Shown here piece by piece: positions 20,322-29,151 of a DNA stretch of 64,000 nt. The notes beneath the pieces are model-generated. The model saw nothing but the letters and a program-made list of their open reading frames with translations. It was not told where the DNA came from and did no database searches. Origin of the DNA: Flavisolibacter sp. (GTDB lineage: Bacteria > Bacteroidota > Bacteroidia > Chitinophagales > Chitinophagaceae); the NCBI GenBank assembly GCA_035510335.1, contig DATKHJ010000057.1, forward strand, positions 8,270-72,269. The letters are read 5' to 3'. The position numbers were made by a program, and so were the translations under genes. Every line of letters starts with the position of its first letter. The first letter of the stretch is position 1.

Positions 20322-21464
20322 TTAAGAGAACAGAAGTTTTAGTTTCAAAAAGCGTTTCTCGATCAACTGAAACGAGAGGTACGAAATTGAAATCGTGGCC
20401 AAAAATAGAAAAAGGAAATCAATCACATAACGATTACTGATAAATGGTTGCTCCAGGCCTATTAAAAAGTTGCGTACCGGGTTTAGATCGGCGTATTTGT
20501 AATAGATTTTTTCAATAAACGGGTGGAGCAGGTAAATGCCGTAAGATATCTTGCCTAGCAAGGCGATAAACGGATTTTGAAGAAAAGTCTTTATAATGCC
20601 TTTGTAGCCGATCATAACTGAATAACCAATCAGGAGAAATCCCAAAGCTGAACCAAAAAAGCGAAAGCCGCTGTAAATGGCAAGATCGTTTTGGCTGTAG
20701 CATAAGCCCAGCAAAGCAATAGCGGCCATTGCTACACCGCTTATTACCATCCATTTTTTTTGAAAGAAGGCCTGGAGTTTTTCAGCAGAGTAGGTTTTCA
20801 GGTAGGCCAACAAAACACCAGCAAAGAGGCTATCGAGGCAGAGCGGCATTAACGTATATGATGCAGTATTATTGAAAACACTTGTCCCGATAAACCGTCC
20901 TGCTACAGCAACGGCAATGCCGGCTAACAAAACAGTAAAAATGTTTTTTCGAGGAACAAAAAAGATAAAGAACGGAAAAAACAGGTAAAACTGCTCTTCT
21001 ACGCAAAGCGACCAAAGATGCCAGAATTCTTCTGACACCCTTTCCAGGTCAATAGCCTGTAAAATATTGTTTGTGTAGGTAATGTTCCAGAGAAAAATGC
21101 CACCGGTTGTTACCAAAGCAGAATAAAGAAAAATTGTCAGGTAATAAAGCGGAAAAATGCGCAGGGTTCGACGCATTACAAAATTGCCAATTGAACGGAA
21201 CCTGTTTTCCGTTTTGCCTTTCTCAATGAGTAATATTTCACCAATCAGAAAGCCACTTAAAACAAAAAACAGGTCCACTCCTAGCCAGCCAAAGCGGTAC
21301 TGCTCAAAAAAATGCTGCGGACCCCAGTGGTGGATAAGCACAAAAAAAACAAAGACAAAACGCCATCCATTCAGTTGTGGATAGAACGGTGCTTTATTAT
21401 GCTTTTGTGCTGCGGGAATCCTGGCAGAAGCCTTCTCCAAATTGAAGTCAACAGTTGTGTTCAT
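20322..21464 (-). CDS. Membrane O-acyltransferase (Acyl_transf_3, OafA-like)
   Basis: GVDLFFVLSGFLI, RRTLRIFPLYY, HLWSLCVEEQFY, GKISYGIYLLH. Confidence 0.92.
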   Translation of the reverse strand: MNTTVDFNLEKASARIPAAQKHNKAPFYPQLNGWRFVFVFFVLIHHWGPQHFFEQYRFGWLGVDLFFVLSGFLIGEILLIEKGKTENRFRSIGNFVMRRTLRIFPLYYLTIFLYSALVTTGGIFLWNITYTNNILQAIDLERVSEEFWHLWSLCVEEQFYLFFPFFIFFVPRKNIFTVLLAGIAVAVAGRFIGTSVFNNTASYTLMPLCLDSLFAGVLLAYLKTYSAEKLQAFFQKKWMVISGVAMAAIALLGLCYSQNDLAIYSGFRFFGSALGFLLIGYSVMIGYKGIIKTFLQNPFIALLGKISYGIYLLHPFIEKIYYKYADLNPVRNFLIGLEQPFISNRYVIDFLFLFLATISISYLSFQLIEKRFLKLKLLFS

Positions 21465-21520
21465 GAAAAAATCAGTGTCTCAATGTTTACTGCGCAAATA
21501 CCCGGAATGAGCCCTGTAAC

Positions 21521-21565
21521 AATGGAAAAGCGAAACGATAGGTCCTATCGTTTCGCTTTTCCATT
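21521..21565. repeat. Perfect 22-bp inverted repeat (terminator or stabilising hairpin) inside the operon
   Basis: AATGGAAAAGCGAAACGATAGG-T-CCTATCGTTTCGCTTTTCCATT, 13 nt after the stop of the T9SS cargo gene. Confidence 0.85.
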
Positions 21566-21578
21566 CAGCTATCATCTC

Positions 21579-23765
21579 TTATTGAACGATCTGCTTGAAG
21601 GATGTTTTTTTAGCAGTTTGCAAATCGGTTACATGAATTATGTAAAATCCCGGGATCAGACGTTCTGTAACAACAATATCTTTTCGGTCCACATTCATTA
21701 ATACCTGTTTGTAAACTTCCACTCCTGCGGCGTTAATCACCTCTATTTTGTAATTCGTTTTCTTTCGCTTACTTACAGATATAGTGAACTGGCCTTTGGA
21801 CGGGTTCGGGAATACTTTGACAACGCCATTTTCGATAGCCGGGTTTTTCACCAGCGAATCAACCGGCAACACACTACAACCATTGATTGGCTGAACGGAT
21901 ACATCCCCGATCGTAGAGTTTCCGCAGCGGTCAATAGCCCTTACTTTAATGTTTGTATAATGTTGTCCTGTGCCAATTGCAAAATGCGGACTGTCCTGTG
22001 GCGCTGTGATGAGCGATGGCCATGACGGTGTGTTTTCTATAATCTGGAATGTGTAAGGAGTTAATCCGCCTACAATTGGGAATTGGAAGTTGAAAGGATT
22101 ACCGCCACATTGTATGGCTGTATCCAATAGGTGGTTTGGATAGATATAATCTTTAATTTCTACTGTGTCATACAACGTCCACTGCGAACAGCTGGTAAAG
22201 GTATATTTCACGATGTACGTACCGGTCTCCAGGTTGGCAAACAAAAATGTGTCCTTTGACTGGTAGTTGTAGTCGATCGTTACATCTGCTCCATTCTTCT
22301 TGATTATTTGTGGTCGTGGTTGAACACTTGAGCCCGTGGTGGCAAGAACGCTCAAATCTCCACTTCCACTGTTACCGCTAACACCCGGACATTTGTTGTA
22401 AACCGAAAGTTGTTTTGAAAGGGTTGTTACTTGCGGCGATATAAACGTTGTATCAGAATTTCCGCAGCCATCGGTAGCAATCACTTTTAATGGCCCTGTT
22501 GATGCCGTATCAAGGGAAACCCCGATATAGTTATCAAACACGTTGGATACGAAAGTATTATTCAGCAAGCCATTTGGGTTGTAAACATTAATGGTAAATG
22601 GCTTTTTGGACTCCGGGCTAAAGTTGGCCTGTAGCGTAGTCTGGTTTGACGAACATCCTGGAAACGCTGACATAAATGGCGAGAACGGGTAAACAACTGT
22701 TGAATCAATTTTGAATGTACTGTCTTCACAAGGGTCATAAATCCAGGCGTAGTATGAACCGTACGGAAGGTTTTCCCAAACTGCTCCTGACGGCCAGGGA
22801 ACACCTGTGCGTGGGTTAATGGAAACCGTATCCTGGCCTTTGCAAGAGATGAGCTGGTTGGTAACAGCATTGTACAAACAAACAGTGTCTTCCATCCCGT
22901 CCACGTGCATGGTAAACGTTGTGCAGTCCCAGTTATACGGGTTTAATTCGCTGCCGCCGGCGCTTCTCATATCAGGGTGATACATACTGTCGCGATAACA
23001 CTTGTCAGAAACAATCACATAATATTCACCCCATGGAATATCAAAAAAGTTTGTAAGATGGCCACCTGTATAGGCGCCGGGACCTGTTTTGCATTCGATC
23101 AGTTTATTAGTTCCCTTTTCGTAGAGGCAAACCTCCGGGTCGTCAAAACCGTAGTAAACAGGAAACAGGTCGAATTTATCACACTGAAGGCGGTACTGTA
23201 ACGCATCAATATACGGAAGCCAGTTATGCGGCGCATGCCATGATTTAGCCTGCACATTTCCGCAGTCATCCTTCACCAGAATGGTGAGTGTTTTGTATAG
23301 TTTAATGTCAATTTGAGGCGTAGAACTCCAGGTCGTATCCCCATTCTTTACCACGCCGTAGGTAAATTGGCCCGATATAGGACTGGTTGTAAATGTAACG
23401 GTACCATCACTGCAGTTCCCATTGTTTAGTACATTGTACGAAAAGGAAAAACTCCACTGCACAAGTGTAACTTGTCTTGTTCTCACGGTTCCGCAGGCAT
23501 CTCGCAATTCAACTGTGTAGAGACCGGGAGTTAAACCGGAGAACGTGCCTGAATTATTCGTGATGTTTGCTTCCACAAGCCTGTAAGTGTAGGGGGCAAC
23601 ACCGCCGTCAACGTTAGACGCCTGGATACTGCCTGTACCTGGTTGGCAGCCTGGATCTGTTTTTTGTAATTGGAAAGAGGGTTCTACATAGTTTTCAACG
23701 CATCCCTGTGCAAAGGATGCCTGGTGGAGGATTATGCCCACCAGCATGACAAATAGGTATTTCAT
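21579..23765 (-). CDS. Secreted Cys-rich repeat protein with T9SS type A C-terminal sorting domain
   Basis: Sec signal ending ASFA-Q, SprB-like GGVAPYTY and GGLTPYTF, repeated D-x-C-G motifs, CTD VKVFPNPS...GFYIIHV...KQIVQ. Confidence 0.85.
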   Translation of the reverse strand: MKYLFVMLVGIILHQASFAQGCVENYVEPSFQLQKTDPGCQPGTGSIQASNVDGGVAPYTYRLVEANITNNSGTFSGLTPGLYTVELRDACGTVRTRQVTLVQWSFSFSYNVLNNGNCSDGTVTFTTSPISGQFTYGVVKNGDTTWSSTPQIDIKLYKTLTILVKDDCGNVQAKSWHAPHNWLPYIDALQYRLQCDKFDLFPVYYGFDDPEVCLYEKGTNKLIECKTGPGAYTGGHLTNFFDIPWGEYYVIVSDKCYRDSMYHPDMRSAGGSELNPYNWDCTTFTMHVDGMEDTVCLYNAVTNQLISCKGQDTVSINPRTGVPWPSGAVWENLPYGSYYAWIYDPCEDSTFKIDSTVVYPFSPFMSAFPGCSSNQTTLQANFSPESKKPFTINVYNPNGLLNNTFVSNVFDNYIGVSLDTASTGPLKVIATDGCGNSDTTFISPQVTTLSKQLSVYNKCPGVSGNSGSGDLSVLATTGSSVQPRPQIIKKNGADVTIDYNYQSKDTFLFANLETGTYIVKYTFTSCSQWTLYDTVEIKDYIYPNHLLDTAIQCGGNPFNFQFPIVGGLTPYTFQIIENTPSWPSLITAPQDSPHFAIGTGQHYTNIKVRAIDRCGNSTIGDVSVQPINGCSVLPVDSLVKNPAIENGVVKVFPNPSKGQFTISVSKRKKTNYKIEVINAAGVEVYKQVLMNVDRKDIVVTERLIPGFYIIHVTDLQTAKKTSFKQIVQ

Positions 23766-23832
23766 AGTTTAGAGACAATTGGATTGGTATTTCTATTGGA
23801 TTTATAGGCTCTTCATCGTTGAAGAAAAAGAA

Positions 23833-24582
23833 TCATTTCTGTATTTGCAAGGTAGAGGGAAATGAAATCAATACCCCCATTCCCTTCTTTTGGTAAACAA
23901 ACATACTTCCAGCCGCCACAGCAGAAGCTCCTGCTGCTACGGCCTGTTTTAAATCGTCCGGGCTCCCGGCTCCCCCGCAGGCAATAACGGGTACTTTCAC
24001 GCTGTGCGATACTTCAGAAATTACGTCAACCGCATAACCCGACCAGGTGCCGTCTTTATCGATGCTGTTAATTATAATTTCACCTACGCCTGCTTCCTCT
24101 AATTTCTTTGCCCATTGCAAAGGTGTAAACGAGCTTTTTTTAGTACCGGAAAAAGAGTAAGCCTTTGTGCCACCCAGCAAACTTTTTTTCACATCAATGC
24201 ACCCTACAACAGCCTGTGCTCCGTAAATCGCACCTATTTTTTCAATCAGAGAAAGATCTTCGAACAAAACTGAATTCAACACAACTTTTTCAAACCCGCT
24301 ATCAAAAACCTTTTTTGCATCATCCAGCGTACGAATGCCGCCGCCATAGGCCATCGGCATGAACGCTTCTCCGGCGATTTCGCCGATTTTAGCAAAATCC
24401 GGGCCTCTTTTTTCAACGGAGGCTGTATAGTCTAACAAAAGCAGTTCATCCGCCTCTTTTTCATTGAAGATTTTGACGGAATTGATTGGATCGCCGATGT
24501 AACGGGCATTTTTGAAGTTGACTGTTTTATAAAGCCCACCCTTGTTTAGCAACAAAACCGGAATAATACGAACCCTGCCCAT
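23833..24582 (-). CDS. HisF-like protein of an acetamidino modification module (WbuZ/AglZ-like)
   Basis: RIIPVLLL, YIGDPINSVKIFNEKEADEL, MPMAYGGGI, SIDKDGTWSGY; glycan-locus context. Confidence 0.88.
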   Translation of the reverse strand: MGRVRIIPVLLLNKGGLYKTVNFKNARYIGDPINSVKIFNEKEADELLLLDYTASVEKRGPDFAKIGEIAGEAFMPMAYGGGIRTLDDAKKVFDSGFEKVVLNSVLFEDLSLIEKIGAIYGAQAVVGCIDVKKSLLGGTKAYSFSGTKKSSFTPLQWAKKLEEAGVGEIIINSIDKDGTWSGYAVDVISEVSHSVKVPVIACGGAGSPDDLKQAVAAGASAVAAGSMFVYQKKGMGVLISFPSTLQIQK

Positions 24583-25193
24583 TACAATTGATTAAAGTTT
24601 TCCAGGACCTTCATTCCAAACTTATGGCTCTTTTCCGGGTGAAACTGTGTACCATAAATATTCCCCTTCTGAAAAGCGCAAACAAAATCGTAACTGTAAT
24701 TACAGGTTGCACTTATCTCGCCTGGTTCATCAAATTGAAAATGGTAGGTATGTACAAAGTAAAACCGTGGATCGGAAGGTAAATTTGACCAGAGCGGGTT
24801 AGCGTTTGTGGTTGTAATTTCCGACCAGCCCATGTGCGGCACCTTCATCAGGTTATCTTTCGATTGGTCAAAACGTACGGTCTTCGCATCTACCCAACCC
24901 AAGCCTTCTACATCACCTTCTTCGCTGTGTTTTGTCATTAACTGGGCTCCTAAGCAAATGCCAAGAATCGGCTTTTTCTGCACCAATACCAATTCATCAA
25001 GCAATGGCTTCAGCCCGCTGCTGTGCAAGTTTTCCATCCCTTTCTTAAAATGACCTACGCCTGGCAGCAATAACTTCGAAGCCGAGCGAATCGTTTCCGG
25101 ATCGCTGGTTATAGTCGCATCAATCCCCAGCCTTCGGCACATGTTCTTGATGGAAGTCAGGTTTCCCAACCCGTAGTTGATGATGGCTAACAT
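24582..25193 (-). CDS. HisH-like glutamine amidotransferase (WbuY-like)
   Basis: INYGLGNL, LPGVGHF, GICLGAQL, QFHPEKSH. ATG at 25193 preferred. Confidence 0.9.
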   Translation of the reverse strand: MLAIINYGLGNLTSIKNMCRRLGIDATITSDPETIRSASKLLLPGVGHFKKGMENLHSSGLKPLLDELVLVQKKPILGICLGAQLMTKHSEEGDVEGLGWVDAKTVRFDQSKDNLMKVPHMGWSEITTTNANPLWSNLPSDPRFYFVHTYHFQFDEPGEISATCNYSYDFVCAFQKGNIYGTQFHPEKSHKFGMKVLENFNQL

Positions 25194-26098
25194 ACCTTCT
25201 CCGTTTTTTTTGCAGCACAATAATACATCACAGTGTCCTTAATCGCCTGGTCAAATTCGGTGAATGTAATATTCATGTCTTTTAAACGGGAAGAAGCGTT
25301 GTAAAACGTTTTACCTTCTCCCTCCCGGTAGGGCAACTTGCCCCACTGCCACAGCGATGGCTCAAAAGTAGGGATGTATTTTGCTAATGTTATTGCGACT
25401 TTTTGTAATGTAAGTGAATTGCCTAAACCGGCATTAATGGTATTTACCCGTAAGTGTTTGTGCCGTATCAAATGGCTGATCATTTGCGAAAGATCTTTTA
25501 CATAAAAGTAGTCCCTCTCCTGTTGGCCACCACTGAGTGCTACTGGCTTTTTGTCTCTTTGCGCACAGATCAGGTACGGAATCAGTTTTTCTTCTTTGTC
25601 GTAAGGTCCAAACAGGTTAAACGAGCGAATGATTGTAAAATCATTCAATTTATTATTGTTTAGCAGGTATTGGCTTGTAAGGTATTTGCTGATGCCGTAA
25701 TAAGTTCTGGGAATGCAGGGAGAAGTTTCGGTAAGCCCGCCAATGGACTGATCGTATTCAAAAGCGGAGCCAATGTGAACGAGGTAAACATGTGGCAGCT
25801 GTTCAGCCAAGAAATCGAACAATTCTATTGTAGAAATATAATTTGTGTCGATTGTATTTTTTACATCATTCGCTGTGCGAATGGCGCCGCTCACAATGCA
25901 ATTGACAATACAATCCGGTGCAAATTCTATAATACTCTGCCATGTGGACTTATCCGTTAAGTCAAAATGAATCCGGCTTTCGTCGGTCAGTAAAATTTCT
26001 TTCCTGCGGGTAGAACCCTTGCATTGAAAATCCCTGCTCAGGTCTTCTAAAAGATTTTTTCCCACAAAGCCATCCGAGCCTAATACAAGAACTCTCAA
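25187..26098 (-). CDS. NAD-dependent sugar epimerase/reductase (probable CDP-4-keto-6-deoxyglucose reductase)
   Basis: GSDGFVG, GSAFEY, YGISK; directly after rfbG. Confidence 0.7.
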   Translation of the reverse strand: MRVLVLGSDGFVGKNLLEDLSRDFQCKGSTRRKEILLTDESRIHFDLTDKSTWQSIIEFAPDCIVNCIVSGAIRTANDVKNTIDTNYISTIELFDFLAEQLPHVYLVHIGSAFEYDQSIGGLTETSPCIPRTYYGISKYLTSQYLLNNNKLNDFTIIRSFNLFGPYDKEEKLIPYLICAQRDKKPVALSGGQQERDYFYVKDLSQMISHLIRHKHLRVNTINAGLGNSLTLQKVAITLAKYIPTFEPSLWQWGKLPYREGEGKTFYNASSRLKDMNITFTEFDQAIKDTVMYYCAAKKTEKVC

Positions 26099-27174
26099 AG
26101 CACTTCAATTTCAGCTTGTGAATATTGTTCGATGTCAGCTTTCAGCAATTCGTACGCTGAAGACGACGCCGAATTCCGATACCAATCAACTGTTGTTGCA
26201 ATTGCGGTTGCAGCATCCATCCGTGGCCTCCATCCCAGTTCATGAATTGTTTTGTTGATGTCAAGCTTTAGCAGTCCAGCCTCGTGTGGAGCATGTTCTG
26301 TGTGTACCACCTCCATTGTTCCGGTGCCCCAGGTTTCAATGGCAATTTTCACGAGTTCTTCCACGGTTATATCATCTTCCAGGTAAGGACCAAAGTTCCA
26401 GGCGTCGGCATATTTAATCGGGTCTTCCTGCATTTTTAGTCCGAGCAGCAGGTAGCCTGCAAGTGGTTCAAGCACGTGCTGCCATGGCCGTATAGATTTC
26501 GGATTTCTTACCGGCACAGAAATTCCATTTTTCAACGCTGTTACAATATCCGGGATAATGCGGTCTTTCGACCAATCGCCGCCACCAATTACGTTGCCGG
26601 CACGAGCACTGGCAATTGATTTTTGGTGAGATGCGTATTGCTTAAGATTGAAAAATGAGTTGCGGTAGCTGCTGATGATCAATTCTGCACAGGCCTTGCT
26701 AGCGCTGTACGGATCGTAACCGCCCAAATGGTCGGTTTCGCGGTAAGGATAATGCCACTCCCGGTTTTCATAAACCTTGTCAGTTGTAATGCAAACAACG
26801 ACGCAAGGTGCTTTTAATTTCCGTACGGCATTTAATACGTTAGCTGTACCAATTGCATTTACCTCAAATGTTTCTACCGGTACTTCATACGATAAACGCA
26901 CCAACGGCTGCGCAGCAAAATGAAAGATAAAATGCGGTTCGAAAGCGACTATTTCTTTTTCCAGTTTCTCTTTGTCAAGTATGTCGGCAATAACCGACTC
27001 ACCAAGCTCTTGCCCATTGATTTGATGAAACAGCGAGGGCTCGTTGGCGGGTGCCAACGAATAACCTTTCACTTCTGCCCCAATACTGTGAAGCCAGGCT
27101 AGTAACCAGGAACCCTTAAAGCCGGTATGGCCGGTTAAGAAAACACGTTTGTTTTTGTATGCAGAAAAATTCAT
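26095..27174 (-). CDS. rfbG: CDP-glucose 4,6-dehydratase
   Basis: TGHTGFKGSWL, AAQPLVRLSY, TTDKVYEN, GGYDPYSASKA, RPWQHVLEPL; ATGA overlap with rfbF. Confidence 0.95.
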   Translation of the reverse strand: MNFSAYKNKRVFLTGHTGFKGSWLLAWLHSIGAEVKGYSLAPANEPSLFHQINGQELGESVIADILDKEKLEKEIVAFEPHFIFHFAAQPLVRLSYEVPVETFEVNAIGTANVLNAVRKLKAPCVVVCITTDKVYENREWHYPYRETDHLGGYDPYSASKACAELIISSYRNSFFNLKQYASHQKSIASARAGNVIGGGDWSKDRIIPDIVTALKNGISVPVRNPKSIRPWQHVLEPLAGYLLLGLKMQEDPIKYADAWNFGPYLEDDITVEELVKIAIETWGTGTMEVVHTEHAPHEAGLLKLDINKTIHELGWRPRMDAATAIATTVDWYRNSASSSAYELLKADIEQYSQAEIEVL

Positions 27175-27941
27175 GACCAAAGTTTCCATTTAGCTGTTCC
27201 GTTATTCCATTCCGATTCGAGTTCGTGCTTGTCGCGAAGCGTATCCATCGGTTTCCAGTATCCGTCGTGTTTGAAGGCATTCATTTGGTTGTCGCGGGCC
27301 AAACTCTCCATCGGCTCTCTTTCCCATATTGTCGTATCATCGTTGATGTATTTAAACACTTCCGGCTCACAAACAAAAAAACCACCATTTATCCACGAGC
27401 CATCGCCTTTGGGTTTTTCTGCAAACGACTTCACATCGTTTTCCTGGTTTAAATTCAGTGCGCCAAAGCGTCCGGAAGGTTGAACCGCCGTGACGGTGCA
27501 ATGTTGCCCGCGGCTTTTATGATGTTTAAGTAGCGCATTTACATCCACATCGCCCAGTCCATCACCGTAGGTGAGCATGAATGTTTCGTTCACATGCTTT
27601 TCAATTCTTTTAATTCTACCCCCCGTCATAGTATGATAACCGGTATCAACCAAGGTTATCTTCCAGGGTTCTGCGGCTGAATTGTGCACCTTTACGGAGT
27701 TGTCGGACAAATCGATGGTTACATCAGACTGGTGCAGGAAGTAATTGTGAAAATATTCTTTGATAACATACCCTTTGTATCCAAGGCAAATAACGAAATC
27801 ATTAAAGCCTTGCGCAGAGTAAATTTTCATGATGTGCCACAGAATGGGCATTCCGCCAATTTCCACCATCGGCTTTGGCTTAAGTGTGGTTTCCTCGCTC
27901 AGTCTGGTGCCAAGTCCACCGGCTAAAATAACAACCTTCAT
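27171..27941 (-). CDS. rfbF: Glucose-1-phosphate cytidylyltransferase
   Basis: ILAGGLGTRLSEET, KPMVEIGG, TMTGGRIKR, LTYGDG, PMDTLRDK. Confidence 0.95.
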   Translation of the reverse strand: MKVVILAGGLGTRLSEETTLKPKPMVEIGGMPILWHIMKIYSAQGFNDFVICLGYKGYVIKEYFHNYFLHQSDVTIDLSDNSVKVHNSAAEPWKITLVDTGYHTMTGGRIKRIEKHVNETFMLTYGDGLGDVDVNALLKHHKSRGQHCTVTAVQPSGRFGALNLNQENDVKSFAEKPKGDGSWINGGFFVCEPEVFKYINDDTTIWEREPMESLARDNQMNAFKHDGYWKPMDTLRDKHELESEWNNGTAKWKLWS

Positions 27942-27946
27942 TCGGT

Positions 27947-29137
27947 TTATCGTTTTGGTAAGTTTAGTTTGTTCGTTAGGGTTTTCAGTCGATCAAGGTC
28001 AACATCAATATCCTGGTTCCGCAAGATAACATCCTTTTCTTTTGTTGGCATTTCACCTTTGCCAAACAAATATGCGTAAGCTAGTTGATTCGCATTTGCC
28101 AGCACCCAGAAATACGTGGTGAAATCGGCACTGCTTGGCGGAAATATGTCAACGACTTTGCAACCGGCTGAGCAAAACAAGAGATTAGTAAAGCCGCCAC
28201 CGTGCGGGCCAATAATGCATTCAGCATCATAAAACAGTCTTGCTTTTTCTGGTGTAGCATAATCTTCTGCAAACACTTTTCGAAAGCCGTATTCTTTTTC
28301 AAGAAAAGCAAATACTTCTTCTTCATTCAGCAGTTGGCGTCCCTTTGCTTTTGCTCTTGAAATAAAAAGCCGTCCGTGCTTTTGCGAAGGCAGCGTATCA
28401 TCGATGTAAATGTCGCGGATTGCCTTACAAACCCAGTCATTAACAGTGCCGTGCAAATTGGGGTAAGACGGTATGTAAAGTGCCTCAGCCCGGAGATGAA
28501 ATTCTGGATCATCAATTGTGTTGATGATTTTAGTTTTGTCAATACCCAGTCGGTCAAGTGTTTCGGTTTGCCAATCCAGTTTGCCATAGCTCATGACGAT
28601 TTTATCCATCTGCTCTAACAGTCCCTGGTTCTTTAATAAAACCAACCGGGGCATAATGTCGCATAACCAATGTGCATATACATCGCCTCCCGGCGATGCA
28701 ATAACGGCAACCTTTCCGGCTATTTCTACTGGTTTTTTAAGCTTTAACCGTCGCCAGATAGAATGCTTGCGGATGTCAAATTTTGCCGGACCGAACTCCT
28801 GCGACAAATCAGAAATAAACACGTCATCGGCTGTAATAATTGCTCCGTTTCTCCCCCACACCCTTCCGTTTTGTAGCTTTAGGATAAATTGCTCCGGAAT
28901 GGTCCTGTGGTAAAAGTTCTCATATTTAAAGAAGATTTCTTTGTCAATGGTAATTGGCGGCCTTTCTACCAAGTTCTCCGCTTTGCGAATAGTGATGTAT
29001 TCACTTTGGGAGGTTTTGGGATTCAGTTGCGAAGCTGTCAAAGTTCGCCGTGGCGAACCAATAACAGCCGAACTAACCGGAACTGCGTTTACCGCCTTCA
29101 GTGCAATTGACTTGATGGTTTGCAGAGTTGAACTCAT
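27947..29137 (-). CDS. Glycosyltransferase family 61 (DUF563)
   Basis: YAHWLCDIMPRL, FISRAKAKGRQLLNEEE, IGPHGGGFTNLLF. Confidence 0.85.
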   Translation of the reverse strand: MSSTLQTIKSIALKAVNAVPVSSAVIGSPRRTLTASQLNPKTSQSEYITIRKAENLVERPPITIDKEIFFKYENFYHRTIPEQFILKLQNGRVWGRNGAIITADDVFISDLSQEFGPAKFDIRKHSIWRRLKLKKPVEIAGKVAVIASPGGDVYAHWLCDIMPRLVLLKNQGLLEQMDKIVMSYGKLDWQTETLDRLGIDKTKIINTIDDPEFHLRAEALYIPSYPNLHGTVNDWVCKAIRDIYIDDTLPSQKHGRLFISRAKAKGRQLLNEEEVFAFLEKEYGFRKVFAEDYATPEKARLFYDAECIIGPHGGGFTNLLFCSAGCKVVDIFPPSSADFTTYFWVLANANQLAYAYLFGKGEMPTKEKDVILRNQDIDVDLDRLKTLTNKLNLPKR

Positions 29138-29151
29138 AGCGGTAAAGGCAA

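Noticed and set aside
23833-25193. Histidine biosynthesis genes hisF/hisH
   Set aside because: No other his genes; sequence type and WbuX-like partners point to glycan modification
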